Source of the DNA: Octopus sinensis
Lineage: Eukaryota
NCBI RefSeq assembly: GCF_006345805.1
Contig: NC_043000.1
Location: 135,284,001 to 135,348,000 of the forward strand
Direction: 5' to 3'
Length of the DNA: 64,000 bases
The notes beneath the pieces were generated by a model that saw only the letters and a list, made by a program, of their open reading frames with translations, was not told the DNA's origin and made no database searches. A program made the position numbers and the translations under genes. Positions 40,261 to 54,546 of this stretch are shown here, in pieces; the stretch's first letter is position 1; every line of letters begins with the position of its first letter.

Positions 40261-40676
40261 TCAAACATTGGACCAATGCAATCCTCCAAAAATTTGCAAC
40301 CATTTTTGAAACTTCATTCTTACTTGCGAGAATTGTATGTTGTTTTTCCATTTAACATTCTTGATAATCTTGAACACTTTCATGCATTTTCTCCAGGATC
40401 TTTGTGTTTGTATATATTTCTTTGTGTTCGTATATATCAAGAAGTATTTGAGGACGCTTCATAATTAGTATATTATTCTCTTCAAACCAATTCTCCCGAT
40501 GAATTCCCCAAACCTTAGACACCAACAACAACGTTTTTTTTTATTTAGGAATAAAACCAACATTTTTGAGGAGAAAAGGTTAATCGATGCCATTGACCCC
40601 AGTACTTGACTGACACTTTGTTTTATTGACCCCAAAGGGATGAAGGGCAAAGTTGAGCTCGGCGGGATTTGAACTC

Positions 40677-40904
40677 GGCGAGCTGGCAGAAACGTTAGCG
40701 CGCCGGGCGAAATGCTTAGCGGTATGTCGTCTGCCGTTACGTTCTGAGTTCAAATTCCGCCGAGGTCGACTTTGCCTTTCATCCTTTCGGGGTCGATTAA
40801 ATAAGTACCAGTTACGCACTGGGGTCGATGTAATCGACTTATTCAGTTTGTCTGTCCTTGTTTGTCCCTTCTGTGTTTAGCCCCTTGTGGGTAGTAAAGA
40901 AATA
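40677..40904 (+). mobile_element. Young SINE A nested in an older opposite-strand relative; more decayed copies across 40560-41160, 42485-42750, 43125-43330
   Basis: TSD gggatttgaactc at 40664-40676 and 40905-40917. Confidence 0.85.
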
Positions 40905-41229
40905 GGGATTTGAACTCGGAATGTGAAGAGCCGGAAACAAGAACAATAATAAATCTTTCTTATTTAGGCACAAGGCCAGTGGTTTTAAGGTTAAGGGGGT
41001 AGTCGATATCATCAATCTCAGAATTTGGCCAGTACTTTATTCTATTGACCTCAGAGGATAAAAGGCAAAGTTGATCTCAGTGGGATTTGAACCCAGAAGG
41101 TAAAGAGCTGGAAGAAATACTACAAAGTATTTTTCTAACGTTCTAATTACTCTGCTAGCGTCTGTAAGAATGCTTAGCTAAGAAAAGCTTTTACATGCTT
41201 AATAAACGAACAGAACTGAGTGAAACGGA

Positions 41230-41880
41230 AGTGGATAAAGAAAAGACTCACCACTGGCTCAAAAATCAAGGATTCAAAGCTAAAACGGAGGAGTATTTAT
41301 TTAATTACTGTGCAAAACCAAATTATTCTGATTAGAGTGCAAAATATAATTGTATATTTTGTGCAGGCTGTGAAGAAAACAATCGATCACGTTGCTCTTG
41401 AATATCGAGTCTTTGCTAAAATGTGACGTAAAACGACATGAAGAGACAGAGTTATAAGTCATGTCAGTATTTTGAAACATACACAGAAATCTGATAGAAC
41501 AAACACTCCCTGCAAAAAGTTATCTGAGAATGACGAAGTGACAATGCCCTGAGGTAAGACGATTCTGATTGACACAGCGATAAAGAGGAATGCCCCAGAT
41601 ATCATAGTCAAATACATTCAGGAAAAAAGTGTCCTCCCGATCGAGATATCAATTCCACAGACGACATTGTATCTGTGAAAGCAATGGAGACTTTATCCAA
41701 TTATAAAGATCTGGAAATAGAGATAACCATAATGTGATGATTGAAAACAGAAATATTAGTAATATTAATAGGTGTCTTGGGACCGATAAAAAAAAAGAAG
41801 TAGACGAATTATAATGCACCGGACTTACATAGCACAAAGAAAATAGCACTGCTAGACACTGCAAATATTACATAGACATT
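41230..41880 (+). pseudogene. Decayed non-LTR retrotransposon 3' end with restriction-like endonuclease (R4/Dong-like)
   Basis: Knuckle remnant (KTIDHV) then IDTAIKRNAPDIIVK...IEISIP...LSNYKDLEIEI...IGVLG. Confidence 0.7.
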
Positions 41881-42185
41881 ATACCCAATGAAAAGAACAA
41901 AAAAAAAAAATACAACAAAAATATACCACAATACAAAATCTATTCCTATGCTTTTTTTGTACCCGAGAAAGCATGGGGGTAGATTTGGTTGCACAATGAA
42001 AGCATACCGATATAACTAAGCTACAATTTTGAGAGAACGTATAGACGTCGTTCAAATCGACTGCAGTATTGCCTTATATTCTATTGAACTTGGATTAACG
42101 AAGGCGAATCCGGCTTCCCTGTTGATTTCAACTCTCAGAATGTAAAGAGAAATGTAACTAAATGTCTCTCTACCGATTTTGTGAT

Positions 42186-42208
42186 CCACCACCACCACCA
42201 CCACCACC

Positions 42209-42242
<34 letters not shown>

Positions 42243-42246
42243 ATAC

Positions 42247-42277
<31 letters not shown>

Positions 42278-42371
42278 GCTGCTGCTGGTGCTGCTGCTGC
42301 TGCTGTTGCTGCTGCTACTACTACTACTACTACTACTACTACTAATGCTGCTGCTGCTGATGCTGATGTTG

Positions 42372-42417
<46 letters not shown>

Positions 42418-42430
42418 CGCTGATGATGAT
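42186..42430. repeat. Compound (CCA)n/(CTA)n/(CTG)n microsatellite
   Basis: Direct reading; source of the spurious poly-P/poly-L ORF. Confidence 0.95.
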
Positions 42431-42809
42431 AAATTCTTACAATATCGGAAAAATTCACATTGAATCGATTATAATTCATACCTTGGGCGGCGAGCTGGCG
42501 AAAACGATTGCACTCCGAGCAAAATGCTTGGCGGAATTTTGTTCTTTTTTCTTATCTGAGTTCAAATTCCGATGTCAACTTTTTTCCTTTCATCCTTTAT
42601 AAGTCGAAAAAATAAGTACCAGCTGAGCACTGGAGTCGATGTAATCGACTTCTTCACCAACTCAAAATTGCCAGGCTTGTGCCAAAATAAGAAAGGATTA
42701 TAATTCAAGACTGAAAGTTGACTCGAGACATTTGAACTCAGAAATTTAGAGAATGAAACTAAATCTGTGTCATTCGCTTCACAGCTACTAGTATTAATTA
42801 TAGTAATAA

Positions 42810-43115
42810 CTAGCAGTATCGCCCGGCGTTGCTCGGGTTTGTAAGGGAAATAACTATACAAGCATTTTTAGAGAGTTACTTCCCTTATATAAAACCGAGC
42901 GAAAAATGAATTAAAAATGGGGAAAAATGATGGTAAATTTTTTTTTAAATCGTAGACTCATCGTAGACGCGCGCTAATACCCAGAAGGGCTCGATATGAA
43001 TCACGACTATAAGATACCCGCTTTTGGTTAAACTGCACCGCAAAATGTGGGAGTAGTTAGGAATCTAAATCGGAGTAGACAGACACACACACAACTACAG
43101 TTTTATATATAAAGA
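42810..43115 (-). mobile_element. Non-autonomous Helitron
   Basis: Minus strand A|TCtttatatataaaactg ... cccgagcaacgccgggcgatactgCTAG|T. Confidence 0.8.
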
Positions 43116-43344
43116 TTTTAATATAATAGGCAAATTTCTGAGGGGGAGGTGGTTAGTCGATATCATCGACCCTAGTACTTGACTGGTACTTTGCTTTATC
43201 GACCCGAACAGATGAGAGCAAAGCTGACCTCGGCAGGGTTTGAACTCAGAATGTAACAAGCCAGAACGAATGCCGCAACGCATTTCCCCCCTCCCCCAAC
43301 TCTGTAATGATTTTGCTAATCCGTCGCCCTAACTTTTTTAAACA

Positions 43345-43398
<54 letters not shown>

Positions 43399-43986
43399 CA
43401 CTACTACTTTTTACCACCACCACTACTTTTTACCCATGGAACAAGGCCTCTTATTTTGGGATGGGATGTCGGTTTAAATGTGTAGAATACATTTTTTAAT
43501 GGTGTGCTCACAAATCGCGTTCGTCCATTGGAAATTGATGAAGACCACAACTTTGACTAAGGGACATATCAATGAGAAATCGCGACTGCTCCTGTCTTTA
43601 GACATCTTTCGTATGTAAGTGAGGAAAACTACTGAAGTGGCGGTATTTCATCATCATGGACGTACGTGTTATTCCGATCACTGCAACTAAAGACCTGCCG
43701 CCTTTTTGGAGTAAAAAAAATTAAAATAAAAGAGAAGCTCCCGTGATTTGTTCATGAGCTTGTGAGGAGAATTTGTGCAGAATCATGCATGCTATGTCAT
43801 TTCGAATCATCTGGATCCAACAGCTTGACAGGTGAGAAGAGTGGAAGATGAAACTAGATGCAGGAGTTGCCGGAGACTTGATAGAGTTGAAAAAAAAAAA
43901 TCTTCGTAGACGTGCGCCAATATTTCTTTCTGAATGATTTCTCTTAACTAGTTACTAACCCAAGCACTTGCATGATAGTGAAGCTA

Positions 43987-44553
43987 TTGGGTTGTCCGGA
44001 AAGTTCGTGCCGATTCATAGTAGCTTACCTTTCGACTTATTTTAGAACATGGTTGAGTCCATAAAATAGGAATTTACTACACCTCCATTTTAAGCTATAG
44101 TTTAAGCTATCTTTTCGTAGAAGCAGGTTTATGTTCTTATAACCTGTGTTAATTCTGTAACCCTTTAAAATGGAAGATAAGAAAGTTTATTTTCGGCACT
44201 TGATGCTTTGGGAACCAGACAAAAATTGCTGCAGCTCGGCTGGGATGTGTTACTCCAGCCACCATATCCACCAGATATTGCTCCTTCTGATTTCCGCTTA
44301 TTCAGGTCTCTGCAGAATAGTCTTAATGGTAAAAATTTCAATTCCTTGGATGATGTAAAAAGATACCTTGATGAATTTTTCGCAATGAAACCACCTCAGT
44401 TCTGGGAAGAGGGTGTTTTCAAGTTAAAAGATAGATGGAGACGCATTGTGCAACAAAATGGTTCATATTTGGTTGATTAAAAATGTAATGGCAAGTATTT
44501 ATTGACCTTTTTCTTTCCTTTAAAAATCGGCACGAACTTTCCGGACAACCCAG
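43987..44553 (+). mobile_element. Internally deleted mariner (DD34D type)
   Basis: 28-bp TIR tgggttgtccggaaagttcgtgccgatt with TA flanks; MEDKKVYFRHLMLWE abuts the C-terminus PPYPPDIAPSDFRLFRSL...NGSYLVD. Confidence 0.93.
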
Positions 44554-45198
44554 TATTTTGAATTTTAGTTCTATCTTTTAGATGAATATTCTGATTAGAA
44601 CTAAGGGTCCGTCATTACCAGTGGCCTGAATAATGCTTGGTCCCTGTGCACTAATATAAGACAACCAGTGACCCATTGCTGGTTTTCATCCTCCGTTGCT
44701 TTTTGCCCTTATCACTAAGGTTAGCCTAGTGGGCGCGTCAGGAACGTCAACGACGATTCAAATACGTAACAGATTGTATTGGTTATATTACCAATAGCTC
44801 TCACGACTAACCTGGTACTTAACCAAATGGTACAAACGGTAAGGCGGCGTAATGGAAGAAGTTTTAGAACGTCAGAAAGAATGCTTTGAGTTATTTGTTC
44901 GAGCTTTCTGCTTAATTTAGTCAGTACGACTATGTCCATACTGGAGCATCTTCTTCGTAGAGTGATTGAACCCGAGATTGCGTGATAGCGAACCAAACTT
45001 CTGAACTTTCCTGTCGAAAGTGTGTCCTATGTTTATGTGCGCATACACATTATCACGCATTCACCCACCAACACTCACCCACACACTCACCCATACACAT
45101 CCACACACGCACACACACACACACACACACGCACACACACACATCTATCTCTCTCTCTCTTTCTCCCTCTCTCTTTATATATATATGTATATGTGTAT

Positions 45199-45230
<32 letters not shown>

Positions 45231-45312
45231 GTAATATTTTTTTATAAAGTTTATGAAAGAAATTATCATTATCATTTACAAATTGTAAAATTCAGTACCG
45301 CTACAAAATAAC

Positions 45313-45354
<42 letters not shown>

Positions 45355-45358
<4 letters not shown>

Positions 45359-45520
45359 ACAGAAAAAAAAAGACGAAGATAGATGAGGAACAACAAGAAC
45401 CAAATGTATTACTTTTACGATCGGGAAGAATGGATAAGTCTTCGCCGTTTCGAGCCTACGCTCTTCGACAGAAAGGATTGATATGGGAAAAAAAAGAATA
45501 AAAAACGGAGGGAGTACGCG
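45355..45520 (-). mobile_element. (TA)n-adjacent mini-element with degenerate hammerhead-like motif (45440-45475)
   Basis: Minus strand cttt-CTGTCGA-a-gagc-gtag-gctc-GAAAC-GGC-gaag. Confidence 0.6.
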
Positions 45521-46243
45521 CACACATGTATACACACTCATACAGAGCCACACAAACATATGCATACACATACATATACCTACATACATAAATACTCGCA
45601 TGTATGTACGCGAGCGTGCCTGAGTGTGTTTCCGGTTCTGTGTATTTGTGTGGCATGTGTATGTGTATGTGTGTGTGTGTGCGTGTGCGTGCGTGCATGC
45701 GCCGCTGTGTGTTTATACCAATGTATCGATGGATGTCTACACGCATTAGATACGCTTCTTCTCCAAAACTAAGGTTTATCAATGTGTTCATAGCTGTTTC
45801 TCTGCTCACATTTGCCATTCCTCTTCAAATATGTAACAAGCCGTGTAATAACATAACTTCAAGCAATCACTGGGTAACAAACGATTAGCTAATTACCTCC
45901 AAACTCTCTCCTACAGCAGAACGATTTAGGATAAATAAATAAATAAAGATGGAAACCACTGAGCTGGGACTGAATTGCAATAACTAACGAAATCCCAGTG
46001 CTGGAACGGAAAGACTATTTTTAACGAAATAACCAGATAGTCATAATATAGGAATACGAAACTGTGAGGGCTAGCTCTGACATCCACTGACCAACTGCAT
46101 GTATGTATGTATGTATGTATGTATGTATGTATGTATGTATGTATGTATGTATGTATGTATGTATGTATGCATATATGTATGCATATATGTATGTATGTAT
46201 TTATGTGTGTATGTATGTATTTTGTCTGCATATATGTATATAT

Positions 46244-46290
<47 letters not shown>

Positions 46291-46660
46291 ATATATATAT
46301 ATGTATATATATGATAGTTTTATATCCACACATACATGTACGCATTCATATATATATGTACATATACACAACGTGGAAACATTTATATATGTGTGTGCGT
46401 GTGTACGTGTTCGGATGCACGTTGTGTTTGTATGTGTTTATGTATGCATGTGTTTTTTTTTATATATTTGCATGTATGATTGCATGTATGTAATTATGAA
46501 GTTCTGTGAGTATTTATGTATGTGTTTGTGTAGGCACGTGTATGTATACCCATATGCACACATGCACAGATACTAATGAATGCATATATACACAAAAGTG
46601 GTGCTCCAGCCAAGACTTCACGATAATAGCTAAAACATACAAAAGAACATACAAACACAC

Positions 46661-46709
<49 letters not shown>

Positions 46710-46897
46710 CACACACAAACACTTATATAGAAGATACGCAGTGCAGAGTTACACAGGTATACGCATACACATACTACAGTCACACCCACGCACATACATA
46801 TAAAAACGCGCGCAAACATAAACATTCCCACATCACATACACACTCCTACACACATATGAATGCATGTATACACATATGTATATCTATCTAGATACG

Positions 46898-46949
<52 letters not shown>

Positions 46950-47321
46950 ATATATTATATACACATACAAAAAGAGAGAGTATAGTTGAGAGAGATAGAG
47001 ATAGAGACAGACAGACAGACACATGTAATATATATATGTATGTTATATGTATATAATATATCAATATATATATATATATATTATATATATATATATATAT
47101 ATATTTATAGATAGTAAGAGAGAGAGGGGGAGAGGAGAGGGAAAGAGAGAAATGAAATAACACAGAAGTAAAACTGATTCGGTCCTTAGGAGAGTGGAGC
47201 CGAGGCCCACTGTTATTGTACGGTTTCGTTTCCTGTCTTCGGTTTACTTTGATCTAAGTGTTTACCTGTTTTCACAGACAACATTGATTTGCAGTCAATT
47301 GCTGCTTCCAACACAGGAGCA

Positions 47322-47377
<56 letters not shown>

Positions 47378-48279
47378 TCTCCAGCCAGACAGTCTAAAGA
47401 CTGCTGCCGAACACCCACACAGTTTTAATTGTCTTGCCAGCTTCTTATTCCAGCCACTTCTTTTGCTTCTCTTCCAGACCGTTTGCCTCACTTTCTCTTC
47501 ATTTTACGCTTATATCGCAATCCTGTTTTTCTTTTGTTATATTTCAATTTACAATTTTTTTAATATAATTTTTTTTTTACTTCATAACTAATTGTTTTTG
47601 GTATCTTTTTCTTTTATCATTTACACATTTCCCATTTTCTTCCATTTTTTTCTTTCACATTTTCTTTCGCTTTATTCATCTTTTCTTTCGATCTTTCTTT
47701 TACATTCTTTCTTCATACATCTTTGCATTTTTCTTTTGTCCGCCATGCCTTCTCTTCTGCCATTTCATAAATCCTGTTTCTATGACAGAAAGAAAGAAAT
47801 TCCAGTGTCACACTATGTACCCCGGTATGCAGAAAGAACCAGCAGAGCATTGGAATAAAGACGTTTTGGTATTTAGTTTCGTCAGTATATGGTCTAAGAC
47901 GGTGAAGTGGCAGAATCATTAGCACGTAGAACAATAATGCTCGGTAGCGTTCCTTCCGGCACTTTACGTTCTGAGTTCAAATCCTGCCGAGGTTAACTTT
48001 CTTTAAACCCGTTCGGATTCGATAAAATAACGTACTTTCTCTTTTACTGTTTTTTTCCCGCTTTTACTTGTTTCAGTCATTTGACTGCGGCCATGCTGGA
48101 GCACCGCCTTTAGTCGAGCAAATCGACCCCAGGACTTATTCTTTGGAAGCCTAGTACTTATTCTATCGGTCTCTTTTTTCGAACCGCTAAGTTACAGGGA
48201 CGTAAACACACCACCATCGATTGTCAAGCGATGTTGGGGGACAAACACAGGCACACAAACATATACACACATATACATA

Positions 48280-48340
<61 letters not shown>

Positions 48341-48344
48341 GTAC

Positions 48345-48385
<41 letters not shown>

Positions 48386-48565
48386 CACAATATACGACGG
48401 GATTCTTTCAGTTTCCGTCTACCAATCCACTCAGAAGGTTTTGGTTAGTCCGAGGCTATAGTAGAAGACACTTGCCCAAGGTACCACGCAGTGGGAATGA
48501 ACCCTGAACCATGTGGTTCGTAAGCAAGCTACTTACCACACAGCCACTCCTGCACCTAAAAATAG

Positions 48566-48676
48566 AATGCTTACAGCACCTAGGTTTCCCAAGCGGTCAC
48601 CCATCTAAGTACTAACTAGGCTCGATGTTGCTTAACTTCGGTGATCGGACGAGAACCGGTGCTTTCAACGTGATAT
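48566..48676 (-). pseudogene. 5S rRNA copy lacking roughly its first 10 nt
   Basis: Minus strand atatcacgttgaaagcaccggttctcgtccgatcaccgaagttaagcaacatcgagcctagttagtacttagatgggtgaccgcttgggaaacctaggtgctgtaagcatt, then T5 (48562-48558). The 5' strand of helix I is replaced by AT-rich sequence. Confidence 0.92.
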
Positions 48677-49210
48677 AATATACTGGTGAAGGAGCAACAA
48701 AAACGATTGTTACTGTTCTTACGCTTCCAGTTAACAAATGAGATGAATATGTATCACAATATATTGGTTGATCCTTATTCTCCTGTTGAGCTGAATCTTC
48801 AACACATTCTAAACGACTTCCAGGAAAAATGAACGTTATAACTTGCTATGTACTCACTCATTAAAAAATACTGCTTTTGCGTCCATTCAGAATACTGCAA
48901 TATAGGAAGCTACGAAGGCTATGTAATATAGTGGAGAATAGTGGATGATGCAGCCGATTCTGGATGTCTGTTGACTTATTGAGAGCCTGGCTGAATACCT
49001 TTGTTTTCACGTAATAAGTCAACTAACATATCAAATCTATAGAACGAAGTGAGCTCGCGGACGTTGAGTTTTAAACCTCATTGTTACGGATTATAAGAGT
49101 AGTAGTGACAACTATTAACTGCATTTCTCAGGTTCAGGTCCGTCACACTATTATGAATAGCTATCTTCTCTCGATATTGATTTAGAGACCAGTTGAGGGA
49201 TTTAAAATAC

Positions 49211-50006
49211 CTATTTCTTTACTACCCACAAGGGGCTAAATACAGAAGGGACAAACAAGGACAGACAAACAAGGACAGACAAAGTCGATTATATCGACCC
49301 CATTGCGTAACTGGTACTTATTTAATCGACCCCGAAAGGATGAAAGGCAAAGTCGACCTCGCCGGAATTTGAACTCAGAACGTAGCGGCAGATGAAATAT
49401 CTATTTCTTTACTACCCACAAGGGGCTAAACACAGAAGGGACAAACAAGGACAGACAAACGGATTAAGTCGATTATATCGACCCCAGTGCGTAACTGGTA
49501 CTTATTTAATCGACCCCGAAAGGATGAAAGGCAAAGTCGACATCGGCGGAATTTGAACTCAGAACGTAGCGGCAGACGAAATATCTATTTCTTTACTACC
49601 CACACGGGGCTAAACACACAGAGGACAAAAAACAAGGACAGACAAACGGATTAAGTCGATTACATCGACCCCAGTGTGTAACTGGTGCTTAATTTATCGA
49701 CCCCGAAAGGATGAAAGGCAAAGTCGACCTCGGCGGAATTTGAACTCAGAACGTAGCGGCAGACGAAATATCTATTTCTTTACTACCCACAAGGGGCTAA
49801 ACACACAGAGGACAAAAAACAAGGACAGACAAACGGATTAAGTCGATTACATCGACCCCAGTGTGTAACTGGTGCTTAATTTATCGACCCCGAAAGGATG
49901 AAAGGCAAAGTCGACCTCGTCGGAATTTGAACTCAGAACGTAACGGCAGACGAAATACGGCTACGCATTTCGCCCGGCGTGCTAACGATTCTGCCAGTTC
50001 GCTCCC
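49211..50006 (-). mobile_element. Four-unit SINE A concatemer within one TSD
   Basis: Units start 49211, 49401, 49585, 49772; one head at ~49950-50006; 18-bp TSD ttgagggatttaaaatac at 49193-49210 and 50007-50024. Confidence 0.92.
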
Positions 50007-50951
50007 TTGAGGGATTTAAAATACTGCACACTATCTTGATAATGTGGACAAATGAAAATGCTAAAAAATGTATTGTTATTTAAACTCATTTGGAGTGATT
50101 CTTCCGAAATTAGAGTGGTACATATGGCGAAAAAAATACAATTGCTATTTAGTTTCGTTTTCTTGGATTCTTAGTTCCAGTTTTGCCTAGATCGCCTTTA
50201 TCTTTATCTTTCTAAAGTCAATGAAATAGATATTAGTAATATAATGAAAGTAGATTCCATTATATGTATCCTCACCCTCTGCTAGTTATTTGTTGTGTGT
50301 GTCGTCAAAAGAAAGGTAATTATGTTGGTAGAAGCCGCCAGAGACTTGGATTCAATGCCTTTCCGTTGTCAATTTCATCCTGCTACATTCTGTGTTCAAA
50401 TCTCATGGGAGCAAGCTTTGCTTTTCAAATCTGAAGGGGCGATAACGTAAGCATTAGTTTTCTTCTGGTACAAAAATTGGCTTTGTGCCTATTAATAAAA
50501 AAAACTTAAATTAAAAAAAAAAACATAAGAAAATAAAAGGAAAAATGCTGCGGAAGTAAGTAGTTTACATGATAGGAAGTAATTTGGAAATATGAGGAAG
50601 AAAGATAGAAGTGAAGCCATAGAGATGATATCAAAAGGAAGGAAATTTTGGAAGAAAACTCCGAAGTGAAGAGTTTCAGATGCAATACATTAATGTCTTA
50701 TAGAGAAAGGCCCAAGATTGGGTGTCACAAATAGTTTTATATCTAACTGATATCACAGTTACACCTTTAAGTTTCAAATGTGTATTTTTAGACTTCACTT
50801 TTATCGTAGACTAAGAGCTGATGATAGCAAATGGATGAGAGGAAAACAACAAAGCACTAGATAGCATGAAACTAGTAATGAAAAGAAATTTGATGATGCG
50901 ATGACAATGATGCTACCGTTACTGTTGACGATGATGATAATGATGTTGGAG

Positions 50952-51366
50952 GGCGGCGAGCTGGCAGAATCGTTAGCACGCCGGGCGAAATGCTTAGCGG
51001 TATGTCGTCTGCCGTTACGTTCTGGGTTCGAATTCCGCCGAGGTCGACTTTGCCTTTCATCCTTTCGGGGTCCATTAAATAAGTATCAGTTACGCACTGG
51101 AGTCGATGCAGTCGATTTAATCCCTTTGTCTGTCTTTATTTGTCCCCTCTATGTTTAGCCCCTTGAGGGTAGTAAAGATATAGGTATGTCGTCTGCCGAT
51201 ACGTTCTGGATTCAAATTCCGCCGAGGTCGACTTTGCCTTTCATCCTTTCGGGGTTCATTAAATAAGTACCAGTTACGCACTGGAGTCGATGCAGTCGAT
51301 TCAATCCCTTTGTCTGTCTTTGTTTGTTCCCTCTATGTTTAGCCCCCGGTGGGCAATAAAGAAATA
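50952..51366 (+). mobile_element. Two-unit SINE A concatemer; further minus-strand relatives at 51390-52045
   Basis: Second unit restarts at ggtatgtcgtctgccg (51183); flanking repeat gataatgatgttg. Confidence 0.85.
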
Positions 51367-52144
51367 GATAATGATGTTGAAGATAATAATAGTTTCAAAT
51401 TTTGGCACAGGGCCAGCAATTTTAGAGGAGGGGGTCAGTCAATTACATCAACCGCTGTGCTTACCGGTACTCATTTTTATCGACTCCGAGAGAACGAAAA
51501 GCAAAGCCAAGCTAAGGTGGAATTTGAACTCAGAACGTAAAGCCAGAAGAAATGCCGCTAAGCTTTTTTGTCCAGCATGCTAACGATTCTGCCAGCTCAC
51601 GTTTTGATGACGATAATATCAGTTTCAAATTTTGACACAAGGCCAGCAATTTCGGGAGAGGGGGACGGGATCGATGTAACCGACCCCAGAGTTCAACTGC
51701 TACTTATTTTGTCCATCCCGAAAGGATGAAAGGCAAAGTCTACCTTGGCGAAATTTGAACTCATAACATTGAACGGACGAAATGCTGTTAAACATTTTAC
51801 TCGGTGTGCAAATGATTCTGCCTGTTTGCCGCCTTTTTGATAAAGATAATCCATTCTACTATAGGCACAAGGCCTGAAATTTGGGGGAGGGGGATAGTCG
51901 ATTACATCAACCTCAGTACTCAACTGGTACTTAATTTATCGACCCCGAAAGGATGAAGAGCAAATTCGACCTCGGCGGAATTTGAACTCAGAACGGAGCG
52001 ACGGGCGAAATACTGCTAAGCATTTCGCCTTGCGTGCTAACGATTCTGCTAGCACGCCGCCTTCTTTTTGATGAAGATAATGACGATGTCCATGACGAAG
52101 AAGAAAAAGAAAGAAGAAGAAAAGAAGATGATGATGATGATGAA

Positions 52145-52204
<60 letters not shown>

Positions 52205-53675
52205 GGTGGTGGTGGTGGTGAAGATTATATATGTGATGATGGGACATGGATGATACGGAAAAGAGCAGTATGAGCATCGGAGGGATTTGTATTGGGATGG
52301 TGTATAGGATACTTGGTTGTATAGGATACCGGAGATGATTGATTATTTGAAAAGACAGAGTGAGCGTATAAGCAGGAGTCTGCCGTATAAGCGTGTATAG
52401 GTTGTATTGCTCGGGGAGTGGGCCAATAAACTCAAGAACTGCTCCGGACAGCACACACTGACCTCAGTACTTGACTGGTACTTAATTTATTGACCCCGAA
52501 AGAATGAAAAGCAAATCTAAACATTAGGGTTAGACACTAGCTTTGTTTTTTTTTATTGCTATAAGGGCAGCAGAACGGTAAGTTTTTTAAAATTGAATAA
52601 TGATGATGATGAAAATGATTTTTAACAAAGACACAAAGCCATCTGATTCTGCTACCCGCCACACTTAATTAAAAAGTATTATTATAATAAACAAGATTAT
52701 GATAATTTCATTATTCACCACAAAAGCAAACAAAATGCTGGGATGAGACAACAAAAATAAACAAGACAAAACATGACAAAGAGAAATAAAAAAAAAAAAC
52801 CAACGATAAAGTATATTCCCGTAAAAACGGACTTAGTAATAGCTTCAAAGTCGGAGAAGAAAACTTGACATTTGGTGAGGCTGAATACTGGTAATTAAGA
52901 GTCTTTGAAAAGGAACAATAGTGTGTCATGCATCCAAATTGCAGGAGATAAAAGTTAAATTGTTCCCCCGTCAAGCAAGAAATTAACTGTCTAGAAATGT
53001 GACGCCCCGCTGTTCGTAGAGTCATTAACTTTACCAGTGAAGAACATAAAGGACGGAAAGAGTTGCTTTTATTATTTCATTTTTCATATTTTAATATCTT
53101 CATTATATATATATTTACTATTCTGTTGTTCTTCCTTTTATTACTATCATACACAGACGTGCGCGCGCATACAAACGCACGTACATATATGTAATCCAAG
53201 AGACAGACAGACAGACACAGACACACACACACGCACACACACACACACGCAGACACACAGACACACAGACACACACACAGAGACACACACACAGACACAC
53301 ACAGACACACACACAGACACACACACAGACACACAGACACACACACAGACACACAGAGACACACACACAGACACACACACACATTCGCACACAGATACAC
53401 ACGCATATACACCTACACACAAACACATACAAAAAAACATGTACACCAACAAACATACAGACTCGTGTAAGTAGCCACATACGTTAAATCCATATAAACA
53501 AATGCGTACATACAGTATGTCTGTGATACGTATCACACACATATTCATGATGCATACAAACACATACACACACACGCGCACATATATATATATATACATA
53601 TACATATACACATACACACACATATATCATATATGAAAATAGGCGGAACGTATGAACTTTTTCTTTTACACATAT

Positions 53676-53728
<53 letters not shown>

Positions 53729-54290
53729 TACACACACACACAGGCACACACAATGCACACACACACACACACGCATGCACACACACACACGTGTTTGTGT
53801 GGGCTTACGTAGTTGTGGATACACTGTGTCTGGGAAAAACAAAATGGTCACGGCAGGCATAAATTTTTTGATTATATGTCTGCACGCTCAGGGCAATCGT
53901 TAGGCTAAAACAAACAACAACACCCAGTGTGTGCGTGTGTGTGTGTGTGTGTGTGTGCGTTAGAGTGTGTGTGTATTTGTGTGCGTGTGTATATATGCAT
54001 ATGTATATATGTATATATGTATACATATATACATATGTATGTATATATGTATGCACATATATATATATATATATGCATGTAAGTATCTGTGTGTGTGTAT
54101 GTGCGTGTGTATGATGAACCAATATCTCAGCAAGAAATGCAAACAAAGGAATCTTTGACCAACTCCGATGTCTCCAGGATCGATTGCAGAGACAGAATTG
54201 GGAAATGAGTCTTAAAATAACAAGGATTAGCGCTAACTCCGGGGTCCCAACAGGTCAAAGCTTCCGATTGGAATCGATAGAAGAAAAATA

Positions 54291-54354
<64 letters not shown>

Positions 54355-54460
54355 TCTGATGAAAAAAGCTGCTTATTAATTAGTTGGAATTATGTAACTT
54401 CTACTAAGAGAAAGCAATTATTGAGGTTTTCAATGTGTAGAAAATTCTTATAATTTCTAA

Positions 54461-54546
<86 letters not shown>

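Noticed and set aside
47170-47490. Promoter or first-exon-like patch between GA/CT tracts
   Set aside because: No diagnostic motif or ORF; needs expression data.
51936-52454. Poly-His / poly-Asp ORFs
   Set aside because: (GAT)n/(GGT)n microsatellite adjoining a SINE.
54352-54430. CTGATGA ... GAAAG between TA runs; also CTGATGA at 58734
   Set aside because: Could not build stems I-III.
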